A stretch of 64,000 nucleotides of DNA from Felis catus. Its lineage: Eukaryota. The translations under genes were made by a program, and so were the position numbers. The notes below the pieces were generated by a model. That model was not told the DNA's origin. It searched no databases and was given only the letters and a program-made list of their open reading frames with translations. Shown piece after piece: positions 50,184 through 63,533 of this stretch (positions are counted from its first letter, which is position 1; every line of letters starts with the position of its first letter). The stretch spans positions 105,030,001 to 105,094,000 of the forward strand of contig NC_058368.1 in NCBI RefSeq assembly GCF_018350175.1, read 5' to 3'.

Positions 50184-50219
50184 AACAAACAAACAAACAA
50201 ACAAACAAACAAACAAACA
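50184..50219. repeat. (CAAA)n microsatellite
   Basis: Seen directly. Confidence 0.95.
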
Positions 50220-51399
50220 CCCTATGGATAATGTATTTTCTTCTGAAGTATTCCCAGACTTCACTTTGAGTGTCTGGACAACCAGAATCATCTAGGTAGA
50301 TTATAAAGGATTCCTTAGGAAAGATTCCGTTTCTCAAAACAAGGATAATCAATCTAGGGCAAAGCTTCAGAGATTCTTTATTTCCAAATAGACTTTTGAG
50401 CTGTTTTTCTTAGCCGAAGGAGCAGACGAGGGAGATTACAACATAATGTTCATAAAGGCTTTGGATACAGCCCTATCTCTGGCTTATCAAAGAGATGTCT
50501 GGATCCTCCTGGGGCCCAGATTGAGCTTTAGAAGATATACAATGAAGTATTTCAAGTTTGAAAGTACCCTTTATCCTTTTTTGTCATGCATTTTTTCCTA
50601 GTTACTTCACTTCTTTCTTTCCCTCTGTTTTCTGATAAATGGAGTGTCAGAAGAAGCTTAATGTAACATTAAATTCAACACTTCTCTGGTATATGAATAT
50701 TAATAGTCCTTCACAGTCACTACAAATGGCCGCCTGGCTTCTTCCTGACCACGTCTAACTTCTTGAGAAGTCCTTTGCATTTTTGGCTTGCCTTGCTTCT
50801 TGTTGTGTTTTTTATAAAAATATTTCCCTATCCACCATAAATGTGGCTTGTGCTAACTGTCACCAATTGGACATGGTTTTTTCCTTGGAAGTGAGAGATT
50901 TCTAGAAGTGTCATGGTTTTTTTTAACATGACAAAATGTTATTGTTGAAAACAGCGGACGAATCGCTTCTCTTCGTGCCCATCTTTCCAGCGGAGGCACT
51001 GATAGCTTTTTGTTCTTTTCAAAGCTGGGTGATGAGAGACAGTATCTCCCATCCATAGGAAAATCATTGGATGGGTTTGCTTGCAGACTCTGATAAAAGA
51101 TTGGGATTTCCTAATCAGGGTTCCTTTCCTATAGTGCAACCCACCATGTGCAGGCACTTCCTGGTTCTTTTGGTGTTGCCCTGTGGGATTGGAGTTGAAG
51201 GAACTGGCACAAGAAAATGCTGATAAGCTGGGTCCTGTGATTGCGGTAATGAAGTGTCCTGTGTCTCTGAGTCTTAAGGCTTCTATCAGCATCCGTGAAA
51301 CTGTATCAGGCTAACTTATCAGCTTGCAAGTATGGTAAAATCTCAGCTCCTTCATAGCTCTTGACATATCATTATTCCCCCAGTATGAAAAAAAAAAAA

Positions 51400-52035
51400 A
51401 TCCAGTTCCTTTAACTAGTTTTCATACCATCAGGTCTTTTGAATCATCTCTTGGTCTTATCAAACATTTTGGATACTCTTCAGTTTAACCATGTCTCTGC
51501 TGCACAGCAAGGAAGATAACAGTCCATACGTGGTTTGACTAAAATGAGTGAAAACAAAGTGTCATTTATTTTGTTCTGAAAGCCACATGTTGTAAGACAG
51601 CCCAAGATGAAATGATCTTTTTGGCAGCCACATCGCTGTTGACGCGTATCAAATTCACAGTCAACCTAAACTCTGGAGCATCCTGACCTATGCCAAGGTA
51701 AAAATTTACGTATGCCAAGGTGACGTCAAACATAAGGTCCCACCCCATTCTTGTACAATTTCTAAATTTTGCATCTGAGTCGAGGGATTTAAATTTTTCT
51801 CTTTTTTGATTTCACTGTATTCCATTTGGACTATCACTGTGGGCTTTTTATAACTTGATTCCCTCATTATCATATTCATGGTGCTCACCATCTTTATCCA
51901 TAAGATAAAGATAATTTATGTTATCCATAAGTTGGCTGAGCAAGCCGTCTATATATTTATCCACGTTAATGAGAAAACTCTGAACATATCAGAGCCGAGG
52001 AGAGAGCCCTGGGCCATGCCACCGAGGTCTCAATG
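51400..52035 (-). mobile_element. Ancient CR1/L3 LINE ORF2 (RT region) fossil
   Basis: The - strand reads GMAQGSLLGSDMF then, after one frameshift, FLINVDKYIDGLLSQLMDN, similar to CR1 GVPQGSVLGPVLF..FINDLD..IKFADD. Also the L3-like segment ctttttggcagccacatcgctgttgac. Confidence 0.7.
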
Positions 52036-52649
52036 CGTTTAAGGCATCGTTTGGCAGCAGTAATTATAAGCAACTGTTTCCCACAGAAGCTCCATGGAGA
52101 TGCTCACCACGGGTAAGCATGGAGCACGAGCGCTCATTGAAGTGTGCAGCAAAGCCTGAGAAGACAGGGAAACCCCCAAACTGGTATTTGGGGAACTTTC
52201 AGAGCTCACTGAAATGCTAGGCCAATCCCAACTGGCAGGTGGGAGCCACACCGATGTCAACAAGGGACTCGATCCACATTCGCCAGAGCTTAAAACTCAC
52301 AGGCAGTGAAAAGATTTAGCTATCCTCACTGCTCTGCCCAGCACTGTCGCTCTGGTTTTACGTGAAGATAATCATGTAATTGCTGGCTGAGGAAAACTTC
52401 TCTGAGGGGCAGAGATCATCAGTCATACGTTAATCCAGAGGATAAAGCACGGAATAGTGAAAGCACACAAGCCTGGTATTCTGGCAGCTCGGGTTCCTTA
52501 CTGGTTCCACAAGGAGCTAGCTGGGAAGCTTTTCAAAGTCACTTAATTCCTCTGGGCCTCACTTTCTTTCCTTGTAAACTGGGATGTTTGGACTTCTTAA
52601 TCTCCAAATACCCTTTTACTTCTTTAAAAAAAAAAAAAAATTACAGCCT

Positions 52650-53108
52650 GGGGCGCCTGGGTGGCTCAGCAGTTGAGTGTCTGACTTCGGGTCAGGTCAT
52701 GATCTCGCAGTTCATAACTTCAAGCCCTGCATCGGGCTCTGGGCTGACAGGTCGGAGCCTGGAGCCTGCTTCCGATTCTGTGTCTGCCTCCCTCTCTGCC
52801 CCTTCCCACTCATCCTCTGTCTCTCTCACTCTCTCTCAAAAATATATGAACATTAGGGGCGCCTGGGTGGCGCAGTCGGTTAAGCGTCGGACTTCAGCCA
52901 GGTCACGATCTCGCGGTCCGGGAGTTCGAGCCCCGCGTCAGGCTCTGGGCTGATGGCTCGGAGCCTGGAGCTTGTTTCCGATTCTGTGTCTCCCTCTCTC
53001 TCTGTCTCTCCCCCGTTCATGCTCTGTCTCTCTGTCCCAAAAATAAATAAAAAACGTTGAAAAAAAATTAAAAAAAAGTATGAACATTAAAAAAAAAAGA
53101 ATCTTAAA
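52650..53108 (+). mobile_element. Older Can-SINE with a young SINEC_Fc (52856-53078) nested in its tail
   Basis: Inner TSD tatgaacatta at 52845-52855 and 53079-53089. Confidence 0.94.
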
Positions 53109-53499
53109 AACAATTTATAGCTAGAAATTTGGAAACCACTTATTGAACACCAATATGAAAGGGACTTGAAAGACTCAGAGAAGATGCCCCAGGTCACAAG
53201 GCCAGTGGGAGGCAGAGTGAAAATGTGAATCCAGTTTTGCCTGAATGCTCCCCTACCTACAAAATAGTACTAGTCAAACCAGTGGTGAAAATTCTAAAAA
53301 TAGGAAAAACTCCAGAAATAGAAATAAGGTTTTCTAGAAATACTAAGCTGAATCAACATTCTGCTGAGGTTTTTGTTGCTAATATTGTTATTTTTAGGAA
53401 ACCACCTGGAAAAGAGGTTTTATGGGCTAGAAAGTATCCTTTGACAGGGCTTTGAGGTTTTCTTAATATAGTGAGTTTTGTTTTGTTTGGAATACTCAG

Positions 53500-53700
53500 C
53501 CTGTTGACATTTCGCCTCCCAACCCTCATTAATTTTGTGATCTTGGGAAAACGGGTTAACTTTCTTAGACCTCATTTGCTCATCTGTACAATGGGCATGA
53601 TATCACTACCATCTCCCCTCCCCCAGTTTTGTTTTCATAAGTATTAAACGAGAAGATGAGAATAGTCCTTGACTAGCAAGCTTTCAACAAACGTTGGCTT
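53500..53700 (+). mobile_element. MIR relic
   Basis: tgtgatcttgggaaaacgggttaact...cctcatttgctcatctgtacaatggg. Confidence 0.7.
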
Positions 53701-54336
53701 CGTGACTATACAGTGCAGGAGAGGTCTTTTACATGCATGTCTCACTGTGATACTACGTCATTTAAATACGTGACTCATACACAAAACTCTGCCACTAAAA
53801 ATTAGGCCATTAAGGGAATTTTTTTTTAAATTGTGCTTTTGTGATTAATTCGTTTGTTCTTCCAAGTTCGGGATGCAATGAGGAAAATGTCCATTTAAAG
53901 TGAAGATTACTTTCAGCTCTGCACCTAATGTAAACGCTTTAACTTTGGAACTAACATAAACCTCTGGGCATTGAGAGACAAGGCTTCTCTTTTTCATTCC
54001 CCAGAGGCACTCTTTCATCAGAAAAAAATTTTTCTTTACAGGAGCCAACTCGTAAAATCTTTGGAAGCAGAAAGGATTCTCTCTCAGGTTTCTAAGCATT
54101 GTTTTGCTGGTGACCTTGGTAAAGTCAATTGAATTCCTTCACGGTCCCTCATAAAATGGAAAGACAGTAATAGGTTGTACGGGTTAGCAGATAAATCAAA
54201 GATTCTCTTGGAGTGCTTATAATCTTGCCAAAATATTAAATATCAAAATATGAATGTTTAAAAATAATGAAGTTCGGTTTGTGTTCCAAAAAGGAATCAA
54301 TTAAGCACACATTTTATTGCTAAAACAAGAAATCCT

Positions 54337-54799
54337 GGGGCGCCTGAGTGGCTCAGTCGGTTAAGCGGCCAACTTCAGCTCAGGTCATGATCTCGTGGTT
54401 TGTGAGTTCAAGCCCTATGTCTGGCTCTGTCCTGACAGCTCAGAGCCTGGAATCTGCTTCAGATTCTGTGTGTGTGTGTGTCTCTCTCTGCCCCTCCCCC
54501 ACTCATGCGCGCGCGCTCTCTCCCTCTCCCTCTGTCTCTCAAAAATAAACATTAAAGGGGCACGGGGGTGGCTCAATTGGTTAAGCGTCCGACTTCGGTT
54601 CAGGTCGTGATCTCGCAGTTTGTGAGTTCGGGCACCAGGTCGGGCTCTGTGCTGACAGCTCAGAACCTGGAGCCTGCTTCTGATTCTGTGTCTCCCTCTC
54701 TCTCTGACCTTCCCCCCATTCATGCTCTATCTCTCTCTGTCACAAAAATAAACGTTAAAAAAATAAATAAACATTAAAAAATTTAAAAAAATGAAAACT
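54337..54799 (+). mobile_element. Two tandem Can-SINEs (second, 54557-54764, inserted in the tail of the first)
   Basis: Inner TSD aaataaacattaaa; outer TSD aaacaagaaat(c/a)ctg. Confidence 0.93.
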
Positions 54800-55587
54800 A
54801 AACAAGAAATACTGCACAGGTGACAAATGCTCCTTTGTAGTCCCTGAATAACGTATTTGATACTGAAACACTGGAGAATTGATCATGGATGTTTTCTAGC
54901 AGGATAATCCCTGCCTCTTGCTAGCCTGCCTCCCCTTCTAAGATAAGTAAAGCCTGTTGCAGTTATTTTTAGTTGTAAATCAGTTTTAAATAGGGAAAAC
55001 ATTAATCTTGTGATTACTCTCCCCATAGAGTTCCAAGACGGAGCTTTCTCGGAGGTCACACTGTTCCTATGAGTGATCTGTAACTGAAGTTTCAAAGAAT
55101 ACCCAGGAATGAAACTGTGTTTATTTAAATATCTCACCAACGCAGGAAGAATATGAGAATGATATGTCCTCTAACTTTTGCAAAGGAATTCTTGGCAGTA
55201 ACTCTGGCTGACTCTTTAAAATTGGATAGCTCCACTCAGTATGTTGGACCGTTTTCCAGGATATCAGGTTATTGGCCATGGTTTTTTGTAGTGAGGTTTC
55301 TACGGGGCAAACACCTCTGGGAAGAAAGCTACAACTGGAACATGCTATAGGATACCATGGGGAAGCTGAGCGGAGTAGCTCCTACGGTCAGCTGCAACCA
55401 CCATCACCACCCACAGGCGAATTTTCTCAGAATGTAATCTTTCTCTTGTGCCCTGGGAAACACCTGCCTGTTTTCTTGGGTTGTTCTGCATTGCTGGGTC
55501 ATTCTCTTACCTTCCTTCACCTTTCTGGGGAATTTAAACTGAAGAAGCAAAGGCTTCCACATGCTGCAACATCACATTTTTCATGAA

Positions 55588-55720
55588 TCTATTCATTCAT
55601 TTATCCACATAAATCACTAGTGCCTAGTGGGTATCAGGCACTGTACTAGGACCTCGTTAGGTTTACCAAGATAATGACAGAGCGCTTACTGTTAAGGAGT
55701 ATACATTCTAGGTGGGAAGC
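55588..55720 (-). mobile_element. L2 3' end relic
   Basis: attcattcatttatcc...tgcctagtgggtatcaggcactgtactagg...acattctagg. Confidence 0.65.
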
Positions 55721-57585
55721 AGAAAACGGTTCAGATTCTGACTACTTACCACTTCATAATTTTTGCAGAAGGTAACATTTTGATAAAATTTTGCCCAAGG
55801 TGCCTCCTGAATTTGACCTGTGTTTTAATTTACCTTCTGGAAACAAATTACTCTGTTTTTCAATGGATATAATTTTAAAGCATTTCATAGAATTCTGTAA
55901 AATACGATACATGAGCAAATGTTACTGATACATGTAAATGTCTTGAATGAGGTGTTCACGTCCCACAACCACCCAATGCTCCATTTCTGGAAACGTCTTT
56001 CAGGTGGATTTAAAGAAAATCTTTGGATTTAGGCCAAATGAAGAATCCTAAGTTCTAGGAAATTGAATTAAATCAGGTAAATGGTGACAAAAAGTTATCC
56101 GGGTAAACCAGACCCCTTCTTCCCTAAGGAACCAGTGCTAAAGTGTATAAATGGAGAAAGGGTTGATATTCAGATCATCTGATTTATAAATAGTATCCAC
56201 ACTGCCTGAAAGCTCTGATTAATTCAAGGATAGGAATTACTGTTATCATCTTTATTTACCTTATATTTCCTAGCCAGCATATTGAGTTAGATACAACAAG
56301 GATTCAATAAGTACTTGTCAAATAGCATGGACGCAAATTTAGTTAAGTGCCCAAGTATCTTCTTATCCCTGTAAGCTTCTACTCTCTGACTCTTAAGGTC
56401 AAAAACATGGAAGGCCTGTTACTGCCTTTTCCTTTCTTTCTATCCACCCTCTCCCATTAAAAAAAAAAAAAATTACTACTAGGCCCTCTCTGAGCAATTT
56501 TTGTGGGTTTATATTTTGTGTGTGGGGATCTTCCCTGGGGTTAATTTTCATTAGGGATAAGTTTTACTTTCTAACCATCTTTTGAGCCCTATGTAAAGGA
56601 CATATTTAAAAATAGAAATATATTGATGTTTTTGTCCCTTTTAAGCTAATCCCATCTTATATTACATTTTTGCTTTTTAAAAGTCACTCCCCAGCCCCAG
56701 TTTGTAATGGAATTTAGTATAATAAACATTTACTTAATAAACATAACCAGGACAGAAGAACTGGGGTGACAGATTATCTTACATTTAAACATCCACTGGC
56801 AAAAACTAACCAACTCTTTTTCCATTTAACTTGACTAGATCTTTTTGGCTGGCAGCCTTTCTGCACTCAACTGAGCTGGAACTCTTCATATTTTAAAGAG
56901 ACACATGGATTTTCAAACTTAATCTTTAAACCTCTTATAGCATGGTCTCTGCCATAATTCACTAATTCCCTTCTGCTTGTTCTAATGAAAGGAAAGGCTT
57001 ACGCTGGAGGGATGCAATTATTATTATTATTTTTAATCAGTAACAAACTTTAAAATGTATGTGGAGCTTTTTTGTTCAAGGAGATCAAAATTCAGGGCAT
57101 TATGGTTTCTACTTTTTACATTTTCATGCATCTATTTTCTCATTATCAGTATAATAGCCAAGACTCCAAGTTGCTATGTCATTTTCCTTTGTTTAGTCAT
57201 TTATTTGATAAAAATGCATGGAGAGTTTCCTATGTGGAAGGCATTTTACCGGGCATATATTGTGTCAGCATCATGGGCTTTGATATGTGTAAAATCTAAG
57301 AGGAAGCTAAGGATCACAATATCCAGGAGGCTACAGACTGAGTATGAGCAAAGAAGGATGGGTCTCGGTGGTTGGTCATAATGAAGGAGGTGCCATTTGT
57401 CTTAGATCTTGAAGAATAGGTGAAACTTCAGTGTGCAAAATCAGAAGAAAGAAGAAGAATGAATGACGTAATGTAAGACGCACATGTCTGCCAAGTGACA
57501 GATCTGAGTTCTGACCACTCTCAGAAACTCACTTCCTGAGCTCCAGGACCTCTGTGTCTTCATTTGTAAAATAAAGGATTGGGCT

Positions 57586-58263
57586 AGAGGCTGGAGAGGA
57601 TGTGGAGAAACGGGAACCCTCTTGCACTGTTGGTGGGAATGTAAACTGGTGCAGCCGCTCTGGAAAACAGTGTGGAGGTTCCTCAAAAAATTAAACATAG
57701 ATCTACCCTATGACCCAGCAATAGCACTGCTAGGAATTTACCTAAGGGATACAGGAGTGCGGATGCATAGGGGCACTTGTACCCCAATGGTTATATCAGC
57801 ACTTTCAACAATAGCCAAATTATGGAAAGAGCCTAAATGTCCATCAACTGACGAATGGATAAAGAAGTTGTGGTTTATATACACAATGGAATACTACGTG
57901 GCAATGAGAAAGAATGAAATCTGGCCATCTGTAGCAACATGGATGGAAGTGGAGAGTGTTACACTAAGTGAAATAAGTCAGACAGAGAAAGACAGATACC
58001 ATATATTTTCACTCATATGTGGATCCTGAGAAACTTACCAGAAGACCAGGGGGAAGGGAAGGGGGTGGGGAAAAAGTTACAGAGAGGGAAGGAGTCAGAC
58101 CATAAGAGACTTAAATACTGAGAACAAACTGAGGGTTGATTGGGGGGGGGGGAGGGGGAAAGTGGGTGTTGGACATGGAGGAGGGAACCTGTTGAGATGA
58201 GCACTGGGTGTTGTGTGGAAACCAATTTGACAATAAATTATATATAAAAAATTAAAAAAAAAA
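57586..58263 (+). mobile_element. 5'-truncated felid L1 (ORF2 C-terminal ~135 codons still open, 3'UTR, polyA)
   Basis: [39 protein letters not shown] is the L1 ORF2 Cys-rich C-terminus. Confidence 0.96.
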
Positions 58264-59271
58264 GAAAAGGCATGGGATTAGTACAATGGTCTGGAATGAG
58301 CACTAATATGGATGAGCTGGTGTGTGTGGGTTCACGTTGAAAGAAATAATAGGCTTTGGTCTTGAATAGCAAACTGAGAAGATTACCTTGAACGATATTA
58401 ACGATAATAATGACATCCCCTATTAAAACAGGATTAGATTTTAGTTGGCAGGAGCAAAAACTATGGAGTCTGCTGCACCCATTGTTTGACACTCAGAAAA
58501 CAAGCAGCCTGGCTTGACATCTGCATGAGGTATTGTCACTCTTCCCTTCCAGCTGCTCCAACTAGTTGCTTTAGAAAAGTTTGGTTATTTCTTGCCCTTC
58601 TCAGAGAGGAACCTGTTCCGCCACTTGGGACCTTGAAGACACAATATGATCAATCTTGACATTTCAAAGGAGGAGCTGAGATCCTTGAACAGCATCAGAA
58701 ACCCTACCTACTACCCTGTTATTTTTTTCTACCCTGTTTTTACACAAGGCGCTAGTTTTGTCAACGTGTTGGGGGCTTTAGGAACTCACGACAGAGGGTA
58801 TTATTTCAGTTTGTGAAATATTTGCGAAGGTAATTTTCTTTGAAACAGGTTGGATCAGGTTAAAGCGACCAGCTCCTACAGAGACGCTATTTGACTCCCA
58901 CAACGTCAAAATAAAAGTGTTGGGGGAAAGATTCTTCCAGGTAAACAGACCTTCATTTTGTCCTGCATTACCTACTACCCCAAAGCATCACAGCTCCCTT
59001 GTGAAAGAGCAAGGAGCTGGGGGGCTATAAGGCTCGAACAGTTTGGATTGATAGGAAGAGAGAAGTAACTGTCATCAAAGGAAATGGTTTGAATTGAACC
59101 TTTCATTAGGAAAAGTGATTTGGAGACAGAATGCAGCAAGGATGAGGGACAGTGGAGGAGGGAGACTGCAGGCAGAGAAAAGTTTCAGGAAGCTTTAGCC
59201 AGATGTAATAGTAAGAGTGGAATGAAAGACATTTGAGAAATGTTGAGAAAGAAGACTAGAATGATCTAGAG

Positions 59272-59824
59272 CAATGCTGTCCAATAGAAATATAAAGCAA
59301 TCCATACATATAACTTAAATTTTCTGGTGGCCACATTAAAACAAAACACACAAAAATAAGAGAAATTAATTTTAATAATATATTTTATGTAAGTCAAAAT
59401 ATCTAAAATATTGTCATCGCAACATATGATCAATACAAAAAAGTGTTGATGGGATATTGTGCATTCTTGTTTACCACACTAAGTGTGAAATCCGATGTGC
59501 ACTTAGCACATATACGTCATCACAATTCAAGCTAGCCACATTTCTTTTTTTTTTTTTTTTTGAGTTTATTTATTTGAGAGAGAGAGAGAGAGAGCACAAG
59601 CAGGAGAGGGGCAGAGAGAGAGAGGGAGAGAGAGAGAATCCCAGGCAGGCTCTGTGCTAAGCCCAGTTGTACGGCTTGAACCCAGGAAGCTGTGAGATCA
59701 TGACCTGAGCCAAAACCAAGTCAGACACTTAACTGACTGAACCACCAGGCATCCTCAAACTAGCCGCATTTCAAGGACTCAATAGTCACATATGGCCAGT
59801 GGCTACCATAGTGGTCACTGCAAC
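59272..59824 (+). mobile_element. MER33-like hAT-Charlie relic interrupted by a SINE
   Basis: caatgctgtccaatagaaatataa...ccacattaaa...catatggccagtggctacc. Confidence 0.82.
59545..59754 (-). mobile_element. Can-SINE
   Basis: TSD tcaa(g/a)ctagcc(a/g)catttc. Confidence 0.92.
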
Positions 59825-60688
59825 GCTAGAACAACAACAAATCATATATGGACTAGAGTCTGGAAAAAGGGAATATCTGGGGGTTTGAGTCTCAAGGAAG
59901 AAGAGTGGCTCCTTTATTACAACTGGAAATCTTAGAGGATGTATGTGGTTGGGGAAAGAGAATGGATGTAGAGGATGTGCAAGTAAGGATTCCATCATTT
60001 TGACTTACAGGTGCCAGTGAAAGAAGTGTTAAATACGTAGCCTGCAATTCTAATGGAAGGGTTACAATTTGCATGGAAGACAGAACTCAGAATAGACAGA
60101 GAGACTTGGGAACTGGTTCTAAGGGGGTGACAACTGAAAGGTGGTATTCAGTGAGCTTACCAGGCACAGGGAGAGGAGAGAGGCTTGAGAAAGGCTGCAG
60201 TTGGAGAGGATCAGGAGGAAGGCAGTCTGGTAAATGAGGAAGGGTCACAGGCAGAGAGGCCTGGAAGGAGAGGCAGGTCTGGCTGCAGCAGGGTGAGGGA
60301 TATTGAGCTGAGGTCTACCCAGGATTCAGAAGGCACCCAGGACATAAGAGAAATGGAAGCACAATAAGAAAGAAGTAGTAAGAAATGCATGTGTTAAGTT
60401 TGAGTTTCAGTCTGCCATGACTGGCTTTAGAGAAACTACTGTTTTTCTGAGCTTTCATTTTCTAAGTAGAGTAATAGAATAATACAAGGTAACTCATATT
60501 ACTTGCCTCCTTTCCTATGTGCCAAATACTGTGCCAAGGGTTTTAGAAAATTCTCTTACTTGGTTTTCACAAAAGCCTTGTGAAATAAATCTCAGGGATC
60601 ACAGTGTGATAGGGTGTTATTAAATGATAATACGGCCAAGGGACCCACTTACAACTTACTCTAAATGCCTTTCTTCTTAACGATGTTC

Positions 60689-60912
60689 TTTTTTCTTTAA
60701 ATTTTTTTTAACGCTTATTTATTTTGGGGACAGAGAGAGACAGAGCATGAACGGGGGAGGGGCAGAGAGAGAGGGAGACACAGAATCGGAAGCAGGCTCT
60801 AGGCTCTGAGCCGTCAGCCCAGAGACCGACGCGGGGCTCGAACTCATGAACCATGAGATCGGGACCTGAGCCGAAGTCAGACGCTCAACCGACTGAGCCA
60901 CCCAGGCGCCCC
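60689..60912 (-). mobile_element. Can-SINE
   Basis: TSD cttaacga(t/a)gttct. Confidence 0.95.
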
Positions 60913-61449
60913 CTTAACGAAGTTCTCAAGAAGTAGAGAGATGTCTATGGGACATGGCAAATAGCAGATTTATAAATTATGCATATATATTTTTTATCCC
61001 CCTCTCCAAAAAAACCACCTGTCAGCTTAACAACATGCTTTCTTGGGCCGTTGGGCATATTAATCCTCCAAACACCAAGTGATGATATTAAGGTTTCTCC
61101 TGAAATCAACTTTGCCATACTCATGTGGTTTAAACTCTCTTAGGTCAGAAAATGACAAAATTTAAAAAAAAGTCTAAGACTGGGGAAAGATTACATTTTA
61201 TGCTTGCGGCAGAGGATAACCTTGATCATTCTCAACTTGCGTTTGGCATAAACCTCCTATGATTTCATTCAGACCTCGCCTCCCTACATCTTCGTAACTA
61301 GATGATCCATCTTCTAGAAATTGAGGCTAAAATGACATTGTTGTTTTTTTTTTTTCCCCATCAACAATAACCAAAACTAACAACAGCCAACGTTTGTGCA
61401 AACTGCCAGCTTAGGAACATAACCTATGATTGTTATTCAACCATAGCAA

Positions 61450-61735
61450 AATAGTCAGCATTTGTAGAGTGTTTTCTGTTTACTAGGCATATTATATGCT
61501 GATTATGAATTAATTTGTTTAAATATCCCAGGATTCTGTGAGTTAGATGCTATCATTGTCCATAGTTTATAGGCAGAGGACACTTATGTCAATTGTTCAG
61601 GTCACACAATTAGTAAGTCGGAGAGCTGGAATTCAATGACATTTGTGAACACTGTATATTAACTAATAGAAATTAAAATAAAAACTAACAAAAAAAACCC
61701 CAAAGACAGTGTGGCTTTAACCACTAAGTTGTATT
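61450..61735 (-). mobile_element. MIR relic interrupted by a tiny L1-tail-like insert (~61637-61698)
   Basis: ggtcacacaattagtaagtcggagagctggaattcaa, then cactgtatattaactaatagaaattaaaataaaaac plus an A tail. Confidence 0.6.
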
Positions 61736-61857
61736 ATATTTCAACCACAGGGCATGGATGTCTGGAATGCAAAGAAACAGTCTAAAAAGTTTAGGCCCCA
61801 CTTTAAGAACGGATTGTAATTTCTTAACCAAATTTACAAGCTAAATGGAAATTTTGT

Positions 61858-62230
61858 TATTTCATTTTATCGATGCACATTTATTTGGCATCTATGATAC
61901 AGCACACAAGAGAGAATGTTGTAATGCAAATTGATCATCCAGAGTCCTTGCCCTTGAGTCATCTATAATCTAGTTGGGGAGACAAAATGACACGTGGAGA
62001 AGACAGCAATAAAAGTGTATAAACAGCCAGTCACGTGGTGTATTAAGCTGTATACTGGAAGGACGAAGGGAGAAGGCAGAGGGCCAGTGTGGGCTAGGAA
62101 AGACTCACAGAGGATCTTAAACGATAGAGAGAAGCTGGATTAGGAAAAGAGATGGACGGATACAACAGTCAAGAAGAGCAAGATAAAGATGAATGGAAGC
62201 TCGGAGAAGGGAATGAGGACGGTATGGTGT
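61858..62230 (-). mobile_element. L2 relic
   Basis: acatttatttggcatctatg...gtccttgcccttgagtcatctataatctagttggggagac. Confidence 0.6.
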
Positions 62231-63309
62231 TTGCTAGTCTTTATCCCTCGCTTTCCTTCTTTTGTCCCTCCCTCCCTCACTCTCAGTATACACACACATT
62301 GCTACATACATACGCGTTTACGGGTGCATAGGAGAGTATGTATAAACACATAGATTTAACTCCAAATAATACTTGTCTTACACAAGTATTATTAAATGTT
62401 AGTAATTAAACATTAACCATTAAACATTAAAATGTTTCTGATAAATTTGAACGTGATGGGTCTCTGGGAGACGACAATTTATAATCTTTCAATCTGCAGC
62501 GGATGACCCATAAAAATGAGAGGATATGAGAGAGAAATAACATCCAGCAAAACCACCTTTCTTTCAGAAATCAAGAATAGGCCAATTCTTACACTAAGAA
62601 GATATTTTTATTTAAAAAAAAACCTCTTTATATGGTAAAATTGATTGTTTTTTGATTGACATCATACTTGACTCTTCACTTGTACACATTTTTTTGGTTC
62701 ACCATTGCTATGAGCAATAGAAAGAAAATTGCTCTGTAATATCATCCCTCTGTGTTTGGCAATAAAATCCAAGAAAAATAAAATATTCCTTCAGTACAGT
62801 GAGTTAGGGGACTGAGATGAAAATTTCCAGTTTTACGGGTTGAAGTAGAGTTGTGAATCATGGATGCTGTTACTAAAAAAAGCTACTTTCTGTGACCAGG
62901 ACAAGGAATTCCTACATAAAATTCACAGTATCTTCTGCTGCCTTGATTGTGTAAAACAGAGGGACCAACATTTCTGCTTTTATTTTTTAAAAATTTGAGA
63001 CATAGTAAATTGGATTTGATTTGCCACAGGAGTTTTACAACTGGCAAAAAGATATTGCTTCACTGCGAACTGAAAACCACTGTAATACACAGACTGGGAT
63101 TTAAAAGCTATCTTATTTCACGTCAATCGGGTATGATATTCTGGTTCTGTTACTGTATCTTTAACAACCCTCCATGAGCAATCTGTGAAGGAACAGCCGC
63201 GTTTGTATTCTGTGGATGTGCTCAACTGGGCAATTCTATTTGGGTACTATCATATCTGGGAGTTCACGAACATGAGAACCAGGTGGCAAAATTGATTCTC
63301 TCCTCTTTT

Positions 63310-63533
63310 TTTTTTTTTAATTTTTTTTTTCAACGTTTATTTATTTTTGGGACAGAGAGAGACAGAGCATGAACGGGGGAGGGGCAGAGAGAGAGGGAGA
63401 CACAGAATCGGAAACAGGCTACAGGCTCTGAGCCATCAGCCCAGAGCCTGATGCGGGGCTCGAACTCACGGACCGCGAGATCGTGACCTGGCTGAAGTCG
63501 GACGCTTAACCGACTGCGCCACCCAGGCGCCCC
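63310..63533 (-). mobile_element. Young SINEC_Fc-type element
   Basis: Near-consensus with CpGs retained; perfect TSD gattctctcctctttt. Confidence 0.96.
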
